The notes: generated by a model not told the origin, from the letters alone. A stretch of DNA of 64,000 nt from an uncultured candidatus Porisulfidus sp. (GCA_965204575.1 OZ241993.1:128001-192000); one strand, 5' to 3'. Shown: positions 1-9,114, counted from the stretch's first letter. Numbers and translations: made by a program.

Positions 1-4
1 GTCT

Positions 5-379
5 TCATGGTATTACTCCTCTCTCTTTGAGTGTGGCATCGACTTCGGCCCAAAAATCTACAAGCAATGTAGCAGCATCCTGATATTCATAAGGTCGAAT
101 CGTGCGGTGGCGATGCTTATGGTCATACGACTTTTGGCGCCGGCCACTTGGCCCCGACTTAAGGCGGACAGGATGGGCATTGTCAAAGCCGACAAGCCGA
201 GTGCCTTCGTCTCCATGCAGTGTCAGAGAATATTCGATCCCATGCGGCTTTTCCTGAGTTGGAGGCACACGCTTTACGCGAAATCGTACCCAATGCTGTC
301 CTGCTCGGTCAACCACAAAAGTCTCCCCATCCAAATCCAGCAATGCGTCTAAGCTTGGATCGCGTAGTGGTTGCGCCAT
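5..379 (-). CDS. DUF6516 (TumE-like) toxin-antitoxin family protein
   Basis: PHGIEYSLTLH, LVGFDNAH and DHKHR motifs; stop overlaps (ATGA) the start of a following gene (MKT...) that runs off the left edge. Confidence 0.7.
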   Translation of the reverse strand: MAQPLRDPSLDALLDLDGETFVVDRAGQHWVRFRVKRVPPTQEKPHGIEYSLTLHGDEGTRLVGFDNAHPVRLKSGPSGRRQKSYDHKHRHRTIRPYEYQDAATLLVDFWAEVDATLKERGVIP

Positions 380-387
380 CAGTTTAT

Positions 388-406
388 GTTATCACACGGT
401 GATAAC
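388..406. promoter_or_regulatory. Palindromic operator candidate for the DUF6516 module
   Basis: Perfect inverted repeat GTTATCAC-acg-GTGATAAC 8 nt upstream of the start codon. Confidence 0.55.
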
Positions 407-410
407 TATA

Positions 411-1142
411 TCAACTTGCCACCTTTAATGCCTGAATCTCCTTCCCGGACAGCCAGCGGACCTTTCCCGCTGGGTGGCCCCGATCCAATGAAATCGGCCC
501 GTAACCGATCCGAATCAATCGGCTGACCTCCAGACCGACAGCTTGCCATATCCTCCGCACTTCGCGATTGCGTCCTTCGCGCAACGCGACTTCGTACCAG
601 CGATTGCTTCCCTTGCCTCGCTTCTCGCGTATGTACTCGAACTTCGCCATCCCGTCTTCCAAATCCACTCCTGCTGTCAAGCGTTCCAACTGCTCCCGGT
701 TCGGCGTGCCGCGAATCCGCGCCATATAGCGGCGTTGCACCTGCCCGCTCGGATGCATCAGGCGGTTCGCCAACTGTCCATCCGTAGTCAGCAGCAATAA
801 GCCTGAAGTTTGGAAATCCAGCCGTCCGACCGCGATCCAACGCCCGTGCGAGAGTTCCGGCAGGTTATCGAAAACCGTCGGGCGCCCCTGTTCGTCCGAG
901 CGGCTGGTAATCTGCCCCGCGGGCTTGTGATAGGCCACAACCTGACAGACTTCTGCGCTTTCCGGGAGGGGGCGTCCGTCGACCGTGACGACATCGTCCG
1001 GAGCCGCCCGATCCCCAAGCTTGGCGGGTTGGCCATTGACCTGGACCCGCCCCGCCTCGATCCATGTCTCGGCCTGGCGGCGCGAAGCAAGGCCCGCTTG
1101 GGCGATCAGTTTCTGGAGGCGTTGCGGCGTGTCGTCCGCCAT
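411..1142 (-). CDS. rluB: 23S rRNA pseudouridine synthase RluB
   Basis: S4 domain (RLQKLIAQAGLASRR), catalytic GRLD, EGRNREVRR; follows scpB. Confidence 0.9.
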   Translation of the reverse strand: MADDTPQRLQKLIAQAGLASRRQAETWIEAGRVQVNGQPAKLGDRAAPDDVVTVDGRPLPESAEVCQVVAYHKPAGQITSRSDEQGRPTVFDNLPELSHGRWIAVGRLDFQTSGLLLLTTDGQLANRLMHPSGQVQRRYMARIRGTPNREQLERLTAGVDLEDGMAKFEYIREKRGKGSNRWYEVALREGRNREVRRIWQAVGLEVSRLIRIGYGPISLDRGHPAGKVRWLSGKEIQALKVAS

Positions 1143-1802
1143 TCAGACTGCTTCTTCCGGCAAGTCGGGCGGCATCTCTTCTTCTGAAGGCCCGGGGGCC
1201 TCGGCATCGGCGGCCGGCCTCGCAAGCGATTCGGGTTCGGACATGCCTTGGATCTTCAACTGCGGGTCCACTTCTTCCTGGGCGCGCGGTTCGGGAAGCG
1301 GCGGCAATTCCTTCAGGCTCTTCAACCCGAAATAATCCAGGAACTCCTTCGTCGTTCCGTACAGTGCCGGGCGACCCGGGACCTGCTTGTAGCCCAGCAC
1401 GCGCACCCAGTTGCGCTCGGTCAGCGTCTGCATGATGCTGGTACTGGGTGCGACGCCGCGCACCTGTTCGATCTCGCCCCGCGTGATCGGCTGGCGGTAG
1501 ACGATCAATGCCAGTGTCTCCAGCAAAGCCTGAGAATAACGCGGCGGGCGTTGCTCCCAGAGGCGCCCGATGACCGCGGCGTAGTCCTGATCGATCTGGT
1601 AGCGCCAGCCGCTGGCCACCCGGACCAGCGAGAAACTCCTCCCCTCACATTCCTCCGCGAGCCCCGCCAGGATATCCGACACTTCCTTGCGCGACGGACG
1701 GTCACTGGCGCCAAACAGCTTCAACAAGGCATCCACGGACAACGGGTCCTCTGCAGCCATCAACGCGGCCTGAACCGTATCCCGGATTGCATTCTCAGGC
1801 AT
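1143..1802 (-). CDS. scpB: SMC-Scp complex subunit ScpB
   Basis: LETLALIVYRQPITRGEIEQVRGV and GRPALYGTT motifs; start placed at ATG 1802 overlapping the scpA stop. Confidence 0.95.
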   Translation of the reverse strand: MPENAIRDTVQAALMAAEDPLSVDALLKLFGASDRPSRKEVSDILAGLAEECEGRSFSLVRVASGWRYQIDQDYAAVIGRLWEQRPPRYSQALLETLALIVYRQPITRGEIEQVRGVAPSTSIMQTLTERNWVRVLGYKQVPGRPALYGTTKEFLDYFGLKSLKELPPLPEPRAQEEVDPQLKIQGMSEPESLARPAADAEAPGPSEEEMPPDLPEEAV

Positions 1803-2631
1803 GGGCCGGCTCCTCGTCCGTTCCGTGGACACGCCGGAAGATCGTGATCGGGCCGGCGAATTCTTCCTGGCGGCAGTCGATCATGCCGAGTTTGAGCAGC
1901 TCCAGGATGGCCAGCATGGAAACCGCCATGCCCTGGCGCCCTTCCTGTGACGTAAACAAGTCGGTGAACAGGCAGCTCTCCTTGGAGACGATCCGGTCCA
2001 GGATGTCGGACATTCGGTCCTGTACCGACAGCGATTCGGTTTCAATCTCGTGCGCCAGATTGTATTGAGCCCGCAGCAACATGGCCTCCAGGGCCATCAT
2101 GAGATCCTGCATGCCGACCTTGGGCAGCGGGCGGGGCACCGACAGGTCTCGGGTATCCAAGGCGAATTCGAATACATCCCGCTCCAGCCTCGGCAGGCCG
2201 TTGAGATCTTCCGCGGCAACCTTGAAACGTTCGTATTCCTGCAAGCGTCGCACCAGTTCGGCGCGCGGATCCTCCTCATCGCCCTCTTCTTCTTGCGCAG
2301 GAAGAAGCAAACGGGACTTGATCTCGGCCAGCATCGCCGCCATCACCAGGTATTCGGAAGCCAATTCCAGCTGCAACTCCTCCATCAGGGAAATGTGGTG
2401 CAGGTACTGGTTGGTGATCTCCACCAGCGGCAGGTCGAGAATGTCGAGGTTCTGTCGGCGGATCAGGTAGAGCAGCAGGTCCAAGGGGCCTTCGAAGGCA
2501 TCCAGGTAGATTTCCAGGGCCTCGGGGGGGATGTACAGGTCTTCCGGCAAGTCGACCATCGGCTCGCCATGCAGCATGGCCAGCGGCATTTCACGCTGCA
2601 CCGGAGGAGGGGTGCGCCTCGGGTCAGGCAT
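1795..2631 (-). CDS. scpA: Segregation and condensation protein ScpA
   Basis: FEGPLDLLLYLI and EYLVMAAMLAEIKSR kleisin motifs; start approximate. Confidence 0.95.
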   Translation of the reverse strand: MPDPRRTPPPVQREMPLAMLHGEPMVDLPEDLYIPPEALEIYLDAFEGPLDLLLYLIRRQNLDILDLPLVEITNQYLHHISLMEELQLELASEYLVMAAMLAEIKSRLLLPAQEEEGDEEDPRAELVRRLQEYERFKVAAEDLNGLPRLERDVFEFALDTRDLSVPRPLPKVGMQDLMMALEAMLLRAQYNLAHEIETESLSVQDRMSDILDRIVSKESCLFTDLFTSQEGRQGMAVSMLAILELLKLGMIDCRQEEFAGPITIFRRVHGTDEEPAHA

Positions 2632-3838
2632 AGTCGAGCCCCATGGCCTCGCTGACATCTTCCAGCGTGTCGCGGGCGACATCGCGGGCGGCTTCGCAGC
2701 CCTCGTGAATCAGGGCGTTCACTCCCGCCCGGTCCGACAGGTATTCGGCCGCACTGGCACGGACCGGGTCCAGTTCCGCCACCATGGCATCCAGCAGCCG
2801 GCGTTTGCAGTCCGTGCAGCCGATGCCGGCACTCCGGCAACCTTCTTCCACCCATTCGAGCGTTTTGGGGTCGGAATAGATCTTGTGCAGGTCCCAGACC
2901 GGGCATTTTTCGGGGTCGCCCGGGTCGCTGCGCCGCTTGCGGGCCGGATCCGTCATCATGCCCATCAGTTTTTTCTGGATGACGTCCGGCTCCTCGCGCA
3001 AACCCAGAGTGTTGTTGTAGGACTTGGACATCTTGCGCCCGTCCACGCCAGGCACCTTGGGCGCGGTCGTCAGGTATTCCGCCGGTTCCGGGAGGATCAT
3101 GCGCCATTCCCCTTCCAGGTAACCGTCCAAACGCTGCAAATCGCCCAGCGAAATGCTCTGCTGGCCGCGAAGCATCTCGCGCGCCACTTCCAGGGCCTGC
3201 GAGTCGCCCTGCTCCTGAAAGCGGCGGCGGTATTCCCGGTACAGGCGCGCCTCGTTCCGTCCCAAACGGTCGACCAGGCTCTCTGCCCGCTTCGCGAAAC
3301 CTTCCTCTTGTCCGTACAGATGATTGAAGCGGCGGGCAACCTCCCGCGTGAACTCGACGTGCGCCGCCTGGTCCTCGCCCACCGGAACCAGTTGCGCCTT
3401 GTACATCAGGATGTCGGCAGCCTGCAGCAAGGGATAGCCCAGAAAACCGTAGGTTGCCAGATCGCGATCCGTCTGCTCCTGCATCTCCTTGTAACTCGGC
3501 ACCCGCTCAAGCCAACTCAACGGCGTGAACATGGACAGCAGCAGGTGCAACTCCGCATGTTCCGGGACCTGCGACTGCACGAACAGGGTCGAGGCGCCCG
3601 GGCTGACGCCGCAGGCCAGCCAGTCCACCACCATCTCCCAGACATGGTCTTCCAGTCCGTCCGTCTCGCTGTAGTGGGTCGTCAGCGCATGCCAGTCGGC
3701 CACGAAAAAAAAGCATTCCTGGCTGTGCTGGAGTTTCACCCAGTTCTTGATGACGCCGTGGTAGTGACCCAGGTGCAACCGCCCGGTCGGGCGCATGCCG
3801 GACACCACCCGTTGACCGGCGGGTATGTCGCTTTCCAT
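2624..3838 (-). CDS. trpS: Tryptophan--tRNA ligase
   Basis: SGMRPTGRLHLGH (HIGH-like), VPVGEDQ, KMSKS; start at ATG 3838. Confidence 0.96.
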   Translation of the reverse strand: MESDIPAGQRVVSGMRPTGRLHLGHYHGVIKNWVKLQHSQECFFFVADWHALTTHYSETDGLEDHVWEMVVDWLACGVSPGASTLFVQSQVPEHAELHLLLSMFTPLSWLERVPSYKEMQEQTDRDLATYGFLGYPLLQAADILMYKAQLVPVGEDQAAHVEFTREVARRFNHLYGQEEGFAKRAESLVDRLGRNEARLYREYRRRFQEQGDSQALEVAREMLRGQQSISLGDLQRLDGYLEGEWRMILPEPAEYLTTAPKVPGVDGRKMSKSYNNTLGLREEPDVIQKKLMGMMTDPARKRRSDPGDPEKCPVWDLHKIYSDPKTLEWVEEGCRSAGIGCTDCKRRLLDAMVAELDPVRASAAEYLSDRAGVNALIHEGCEAARDVARDTLEDVSEAMGLDYA

Positions 3839-4488
3839 TAAGAGATCGTCCAGGGAAGTCCGAAGAATTGATGCGCGGCGCCGATGAATGCGAGCAGCGG
3901 TATTCCGATTAATCCGTACATGGACCCGAGCAGGAACAAGGCCAAGACCACGATCAGGCCGTAACGTCCGAATTCCATCCATTTCCGGGCTAATTCCGGC
4001 GGCATCCACCGGGCGACCACGACCGATCCGTCCAAGGGAGGGATGGGAAGCAGGTTGAGCAGCATCAGGACCGAGTTGATCACAATTCCGGCCTGTCCCA
4101 CGACAAACAGGATGACGCCGAATTCAGACTCCAGTGCCACGCCCAGTCGGGCAATCAAGGCCCAGGCAACCAGCATCAGCACGTTGGCGGCAGGGCCGGC
4201 CGCCGCTACCCAAGCCATTTGCTCGCGAGGCCGGCGCAACCGGGAAGCATCAACCGGGACCGGCTTGGCCCAGCCCATCGCCACGCCAAGAGAGGCGACC
4301 ATGGCCAAGGGCAACACAAGCGTCCCCAGCCAATCGACATGCGGGAAAGGGTTGAGCGTCAGGCGGCCGGCTTCGGCGGCCGTCGGGTCTCCAAGGCGAT
4401 ACGCAACCCAACCGTGCGCGACTTCATGCACGGTGATGGCCAGCAGGACGGGAACCGCCCAGATTGCTAACGTCTGCGCTAATGACAT
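3838..4488 (-). CDS. Site-2 protease (M50) family membrane Zn-peptidase
   Basis: HEVAH and NLLPIPPLDG motifs, multiple hydrophobic helices. Confidence 0.92.
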   Translation of the reverse strand: MSLAQTLAIWAVPVLLAITVHEVAHGWVAYRLGDPTAAEAGRLTLNPFPHVDWLGTLVLPLAMVASLGVAMGWAKPVPVDASRLRRPREQMAWVAAAGPAANVLMLVAWALIARLGVALESEFGVILFVVGQAGIVINSVLMLLNLLPIPPLDGSVVVARWMPPELARKWMEFGRYGLIVVLALFLLGSMYGLIGIPLLAFIGAAHQFFGLPWTIS

Positions 4489-4545
4489 GGTAGGCAGAAC
4501 AGGCGCCAACCGGCGGGAATCGGGAGGTTGGACACGATGCCCGAA

Positions 4546-5163
4546 TTATAGCAAGGGGAAGCTTCCACCGCCTTGGCGCACCACCTCCGGCACCTCGCCC
4601 ATCAGATCGACCACGGTGGTCGGAATGCTGGGGCAAAACCCGCTGTCGATGATCAGCGAAACCTGGCCCTTCAGGCGGTCGTACAGGTCGCCGGGCTCCA
4701 CCGGCGGGTCTTCCAGATCCGGCAGCATCAGGGTGCAACTCATCAGGGGGGCGTCGTATATTTCCAGCAAAGCCTGGACAACCCGGTGGTCGGGGATGCG
4801 CAACCCGATGGTGCGGCGCTTCGGCTCCATCAGGCGTCGCGGGACTTCGCGGGTCGCCTCCAGGAGGAACGTGTAGGGCCCCGGGGTATGGGCCTTCAGG
4901 ATCCGGTATGCCGTATTGTCGATCCGCGCGTACGAGGCCAGTTCCGAAAGGTCCCGGCACACCAGGGTGAACGGGTGCTTTTCGTCCAGGTCGCGCAGGC
5001 GTCTGATCTGTTCCATCGACGCCTTGTCCCCGACCGCGCAACCGAACGCATAGCAGGAATCGGTCGGGTAGACGAGCAGGCCGCCGGCGTGGAGCATTTC
5101 CGCGGCCTGGCGGACCAGGCGCGGCTGGGGGTTGTCCGGGTGGATCGAAAAACGCTGGGTCAT
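4546..5163 (-). CDS. yciO: Sua5/YciO/YrdC family protein (YciO-type)
   Basis: IHPDNPQPRL, YPTDSCY, TPGPYT, GLRIPD; usual yciO-S2P-trpS-scpAB-rluB synteny. Confidence 0.9.
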   Translation of the reverse strand: MTQRFSIHPDNPQPRLVRQAAEMLHAGGLLVYPTDSCYAFGCAVGDKASMEQIRRLRDLDEKHPFTLVCRDLSELASYARIDNTAYRILKAHTPGPYTFLLEATREVPRRLMEPKRRTIGLRIPDHRVVQALLEIYDAPLMSCTLMLPDLEDPPVEPGDLYDRLKGQVSLIIDSGFCPSIPTTVVDLMGEVPEVVRQGGGSFPLL

Positions 5164-5184
5164 GTCTCTTTATAATTTAACCGC

Positions 5185-5793
5185 ATGAAATTGTTCATTG
5201 AATTGTTGCCCATCACGATCTTCGTGGTGGCGTATTTCTTTTATCCCGACCTGCCCGCCGCATGGGTCGTTGCGTTCTCCGACGCGACCTACCTGGAATT
5301 GACCGCAGGGGAGTCTGGAGACCGAATCTACTTTGCCACATTCGTACTGATTGTGGCCATGGTGATTCAGTGCGGGATTCTGTGGATGATACGGGAACTG
5401 GGCGGCACGCATCTTGCCGCGCTGGCCGTGGTCTTGGTCGCCGGCGGGCTGACCCTGCTCCTGAAGGATCCCCTGTTCATCAAATGGAAGCCGACCGTGT
5501 TTTACTGGGCGTTGGCGATAGCGTTCTTGGGATCCAGCCTGATTGGCTCCCGTACGCTGGTGGAGCGGATGTTCAGCAAGGCCTTCTCCCTGAATGATGC
5601 GCGGCTATGGCGCCAGTTGAACATCGCATGGGTCGGGTTTTTCCTGGTTTGCGGCGCACTTAATCTCTACGTCGCATATGGATTTTCGGAAGAGTTCTGG
5701 GTGCAGTTCAAACTGTTCGGCCTTGCCTTGGGACTGCCTGTTCTGTTCCTGCTGGCCCAGGGAATCTACCTCGCACCCCGGTTGAAAGACTGA
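5185..5793 (+). CDS. yciB: Inner membrane protein YciB (IspZ)
   Basis: FIKWKPTV and WVQFKLFG motifs, about 5 TM segments. Confidence 0.92.
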   Translation: MKLFIELLPITIFVVAYFFYPDLPAAWVVAFSDATYLELTAGESGDRIYFATFVLIVAMVIQCGILWMIRELGGTHLAALAVVLVAGGLTLLLKDPLFIKWKPTVFYWALAIAFLGSSLIGSRTLVERMFSKAFSLNDARLWRQLNIAWVGFFLVCGALNLYVAYGFSEEFWVQFKLFGLALGLPVLFLLAQGIYLAPRLKD

Positions 5794-5917
5794 CCTTCGC
5801 AAGACGAAAAAACCGGATTCTGCCGTCCCGTTGTCGCCCGCTGCCTCTTCGTTGCATCGGGCATAAAAAAATATTTCCTTATTTATCAATGGTATAGACG
5901 GGTGCTAGATTTGGGGC

Positions 5918-5947
5918 TTGACTTATATAAAAATATCCTTATATTAT
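5918..5947 (+). promoter_or_regulatory. Sigma70-like promoter with overlapping AT-rich palindrome
   Basis: TTGACT (5918-5923) with TATATT/TATTAT 16/18 nt downstream; spacer holds the imperfect palindrome ATATAA-AAATATCC-TTATAT. Confidence 0.6.
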
Positions 5948-6001
5948 GAAGTACTGGATGGCTGCGGATTTGGCCGTCGCGAAACACTACCGGAGATACT
6001 C

Positions 6002-6088
6002 ATGGACATTATCGCTCTTGATCTCATTGCCGCCCTGGTGATTTGGACTGCGGTTTTCGCCGTAGCTCGCCTGGGTTACCTGGACTAA
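6002..6088 (+). CDS. 28-aa hydrophobic small protein MDIIALDLIAALVIWTAVFAVARLGYLD
   Basis: GGAG RBS at 5992-5995, ATG...TAA, single TM-like segment; below the ORF track cutoff. Confidence 0.6.
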   Translation: MDIIALDLIAALVIWTAVFAVARLGYLD

Positions 6089-6169
6089 AAATCTTCCTCC
6101 AGTGAGGCTAGTGCCGGGCTGGATGTCCGGCCCAAGGTCGACACGGATGTCGGCCGCTCACACTACAAC

Positions 6170-6206
6170 ACCCGGCCGCACCCCTCCTTCGTGGCCGGGT
6201 TTTTTT
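6170..6206 (+). terminator. Intrinsic terminator
   Basis: CCCGGCCGC...GTGGCCGGG stem followed by T7; loop contains CCCCTCCTT. Confidence 0.8.
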
Positions 6207-7573
6207 CAGAACTCAATTGCCACGATGCTGACGGTGCCGGCCTTTTCGTTGGCCGTCGCCACGTAGCGCGCCCCATCCTGCTCGAACGTCACGACTCCTT
6301 CCGGCGCCAGCTTGCCATCCCCCTCGCGGCGCAGGGGCAATAGCGCCCGCACCTGCGGCGCGCCTGGATCCTCAAGATCGACCAGCACCAACGCATCCGC
6401 GCGCTCCAGCGCCACGACAGCCCAGGCCTTGCCTTCCGCTTCGAACGCGACCACGCCTTCCGGCTCCGAACCCTTGTTGTCGCTTCGCCCGTCCGGGTAG
6501 ATCCCCGCGGCGTGGGCCGCTTCATCCAGCTGGTTGGCCGTATCGCCAATCACTTTCCCGGTTTCCAGATCCACGACGCTGAGCGTGCGGCCGCCACCCG
6601 CCGGGCCGTTCCGGGATTTCGAGGCTTTCGGGTCGGTATCCCCTTCATCTGCCGTCACCAGGTACCGTCCGTCCGGCGTCACCGCGACCTGATCCGGTTC
6701 CCGAAAAGCCAGTAACATGTCAGTAAACGAAACCCGGTCGTCGTCTTCGAGGTCCGCTGCATGCTCGGTTGTCCCGAGGGCAATGATGCCGCGGACGGCC
6801 GCGCTCGCCACGTCGATGACCGCGACTCCATTGTTTTCCTGCAAGCTGACGTAAGCCGTTGTCCCATCCGGGGCGAAAACCGCGTATTCCGGCTCCAAGT
6901 GGATCGGATCGCTGGAATCCAGCGGAATCTCCACTTCCTCGCCATCCACCTCGCGCTCCAGGAATCGGCCTGCCTCCAAGGCGGTCAGCCCGTGCCCCCC
7001 GGGGAGCGCCTCGAGACGGACTTGCCGCACGACGCCCTCCAGCAACCCCGCGGTCAGGTCGACCAGCGTCACGCTGCCTGGATTCGAGCGCCATTGCCCA
7101 TTTTCAACCCAGTACTCTTCAGCCTCGTTCGCTGCCACCAGACGGTCCCCGGACGGGCTGAAATGAACGTCGTCCGGGCCGTATCCGGCCGCATAGTGCG
7201 CCAGCGTCTTCCCGTGCAGATCGATCAGCCGGATCTCACCGGTCTCCCTGGCCGGCCCAGTGACGGCCACCGCCAGCACCTCCCGGTCCGGATGAAAAGC
7301 GATCGAATTGATGGCATGCCCGTCCGGCAGCGCCAGGTCCAGCGTGCGGAGGTTCATCGGGAGGTTCGGCCTTAGCAAAGACACCAGATCGATTTTACCG
7401 GTTTCGCTGTTGCTCACCGCGAGCATGCGGGTGCTGGGTTGGTAGGAAAGGATTTCCGTGCCTTCCGGCTCGCTTGAGACCCAAGTCGCGACTAAAGACA
7501 GTTGCGGCTGGGCTGCATGGGCAGCAGTGGATATTGCGAGCCATAGAGCCGGAATTAAAATTCGGGAGGTCAT
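6206..7573 (-). CDS. Secreted choice-of-anchor I family beta-propeller (alkaline phosphatase-associated domain)
   Basis: Signal peptide (AAHA), LEPEY, LQENN, TADEGD, DGRSDNKGSEPEG, LAPEG motifs. Confidence 0.8.
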   Translation of the reverse strand: MTSRILIPALWLAISTAAHAAQPQLSLVATWVSSEPEGTEILSYQPSTRMLAVSNSETGKIDLVSLLRPNLPMNLRTLDLALPDGHAINSIAFHPDREVLAVAVTGPARETGEIRLIDLHGKTLAHYAAGYGPDDVHFSPSGDRLVAANEAEEYWVENGQWRSNPGSVTLVDLTAGLLEGVVRQVRLEALPGGHGLTALEAGRFLEREVDGEEVEIPLDSSDPIHLEPEYAVFAPDGTTAYVSLQENNGVAVIDVASAAVRGIIALGTTEHAADLEDDDRVSFTDMLLAFREPDQVAVTPDGRYLVTADEGDTDPKASKSRNGPAGGGRTLSVVDLETGKVIGDTANQLDEAAHAAGIYPDGRSDNKGSEPEGVVAFEAEGKAWAVVALERADALVLVDLEDPGAPQVRALLPLRREGDGKLAPEGVVTFEQDGARYVATANEKAGTVSIVAIEF

Positions 7574-7685
7574 GGTGGAAAAATATAATGGAGCGTTAGG
7601 GACAAGCTAACAATATTGTCCTTTTTTGTAGGAATTATGAATTACGCTTAAAATTCTTCACATAAGTTGACCGAAGAAGGCAGAC

Positions 7686-7893
7686 ATGGAAAAACCCCTG
7701 ATTATCCGAAGAGGTCAGTCCATTGCCGACCGGGTCCCCCGCACTGTTGACAAGTCGGGCAATCCCGACTGGGCAGCAGGCTACCAGAAAATGATGGACC
7801 GATTGGAGAAAGGTGCTTCGCTTGGGGGTCTGAGAATCAAACGAGAAGAACTCTATGACGGGTAAAAACCGTTTTCCACTTGATGGCAATTAA
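7686..7893 (+). pseudogene. Remnant Phd/YefM-type antitoxin (59 aa) plus a 12-codon stub of a PIN/VapC toxin
   Basis: 7686-7865 MEKPLIIRRGQSIADRVP...LGGLRIKREELYDG; overlapping 7855-7893 MTGKNRFPLDGN-stop resembles the PIN N-terminal FxLDTN strand. Confidence 0.55.
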
Positions 7894-8981
7894 AACGAAA
7901 GAGTGCCGCGAAGGGTCAGGCCGCCGTCATTGAGCGCCCGAAAGTCTTCCCCGTTGCCTTCCACGTAATCCAGTTCCAGAGCCAGCGTGGAATCCGCACG
8001 CCAGTGGATTCCGAGCAGCATGGAATCCGAACTCTTCGCCAGGCTTTCGGCCCGGTTGTCGAGGTTCGCGTAGCGCACCACCAACTCCCAGATCCCTTCC
8101 TCGTCGCGCGGTTCGATGTGTGCCAGCAATCCGGGCGCGTAACGGCTTTGCGTCTGTTCGCCCGTAATTCTCCAGGCCCCGCGAATGTGGAAGCCATCCA
8201 CGTTCGACTTGGCGCGGTCATGAAATGCCTGACTTTCCCTCCGGTCTCTGGATTTCAGGTATTGGGCCTGGATCGCGTAGGACTCCTGCGAATAGCCGAT
8301 GTCGAAGGCCAGATACCGGCCGGAACCCTGCGATTCCCTCTCCTCGCCTGCCAGCATGTCGAGGCCCGCATCCTCTCCCCAATTGCTGAACGACTGGAAC
8401 GACAGTCCGACGTGCAGGAAGCTCCCGTCCTCGAAGCGCGGCGCCACCATCAACTTCGCCTGCACTTCCGTAGAATCCGCCAAGGCTGCATTTTCATCGT
8501 ATCCCCGGACTTGAAATGAGCCATACCAGGGAATTTCCTCTCCGTGCACGAATCCGACCACCACGGGGATTTGGGCATCCGAGTCGTCTCCATTCGGAGA
8601 TGTGGCAAAACGGCCCAATACGCCTTGTTCAATGGTCCGGAACCAGCGCTCGCGCAATGAGCCGCCCAGCATGGCCGAGGTCGAGGCCCATGAAGAAGGA
8701 TTGGCCAAACCACCACCGCTGCTTTGACCTGGAGTTTCTGATACGCCGCTTTCCGGCAACCCGGACTGATGCAGCTGGCTCTGCATGCGCATCATCAGTT
8801 CCTTCATGCGCGACCCTTCGTCCACCAGGCTGTCGATCTCGTTCTCCGACAATGCCTGCGCCGGAGCGGCCAACAGCAAACTCAGGCTCACGCAAGTGAG
8901 CTGAAAGGCAAAGCGCGGGGAAAGGCAAGCGGGCCAGCGGCTTTCCTTGGCCAAGCAACCCGGCGAGACTGGGGAATGCAA
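7890..8981 (-). CDS. Divergent, shortened OprO/OprP-family porin paralog
   Basis: SFLHVG, DGFHIRGAWRITGE, GIWELVVRY, LGIHW, C-terminal Phe; similar to the neighbouring porin; start uncertain. Confidence 0.7.
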   Translation of the reverse strand: MHSPVSPGCLAKESRWPACLSPRFAFQLTCVSLSLLLAAPAQALSENEIDSLVDEGSRMKELMMRMQSQLHQSGLPESGVSETPGQSSGGGLANPSSWASTSAMLGGSLRERWFRTIEQGVLGRFATSPNGDDSDAQIPVVVGFVHGEEIPWYGSFQVRGYDENAALADSTEVQAKLMVAPRFEDGSFLHVGLSFQSFSNWGEDAGLDMLAGEERESQGSGRYLAFDIGYSQESYAIQAQYLKSRDRRESQAFHDRAKSNVDGFHIRGAWRITGEQTQSRYAPGLLAHIEPRDEEGIWELVVRYANLDNRAESLAKSSDSMLLGIHWRADSTLALELDYVEGNGEDFRALNDGGLTLRGTLSF

Positions 8982-9114
8982 TTTGTCCAGAACCCACCTC
9001 CTGATCTGGAGTCCGTCCGAAAACGGATGCTTCTCGCGATGGATTCGAGTTTATCACACAAAACTGATTTGGCGACAGGATCTGGATCGTTTTGACAACA
9101 GAAGACAAGCCCAT

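Larger units (their letters stand above)
5953..6206 (+). ncRNA. Candidate CsrA/RsmA-binding small RNA (dual function); 5' end approximate
   Basis: Own promoter and terminator; GGA in hairpin loops at 5960-5975, 6113-6131 and 6136-6155 (ACACGGATGT). Confidence 0.5.

Noticed and set aside
2531-3841. 436-aa plus-strand ORF
   Set aside because: Antisense to trpS, a codon-bias artefact.
7700-7790. Minus-strand GCGGGGGACCC and hairpin AGTCGGG/CCCGACT resembling a c-di-AMP (ydaO) riboswitch
   Set aside because: The downstream GGGGTGAATC core is missing; the region is better explained as the Phd remnant.
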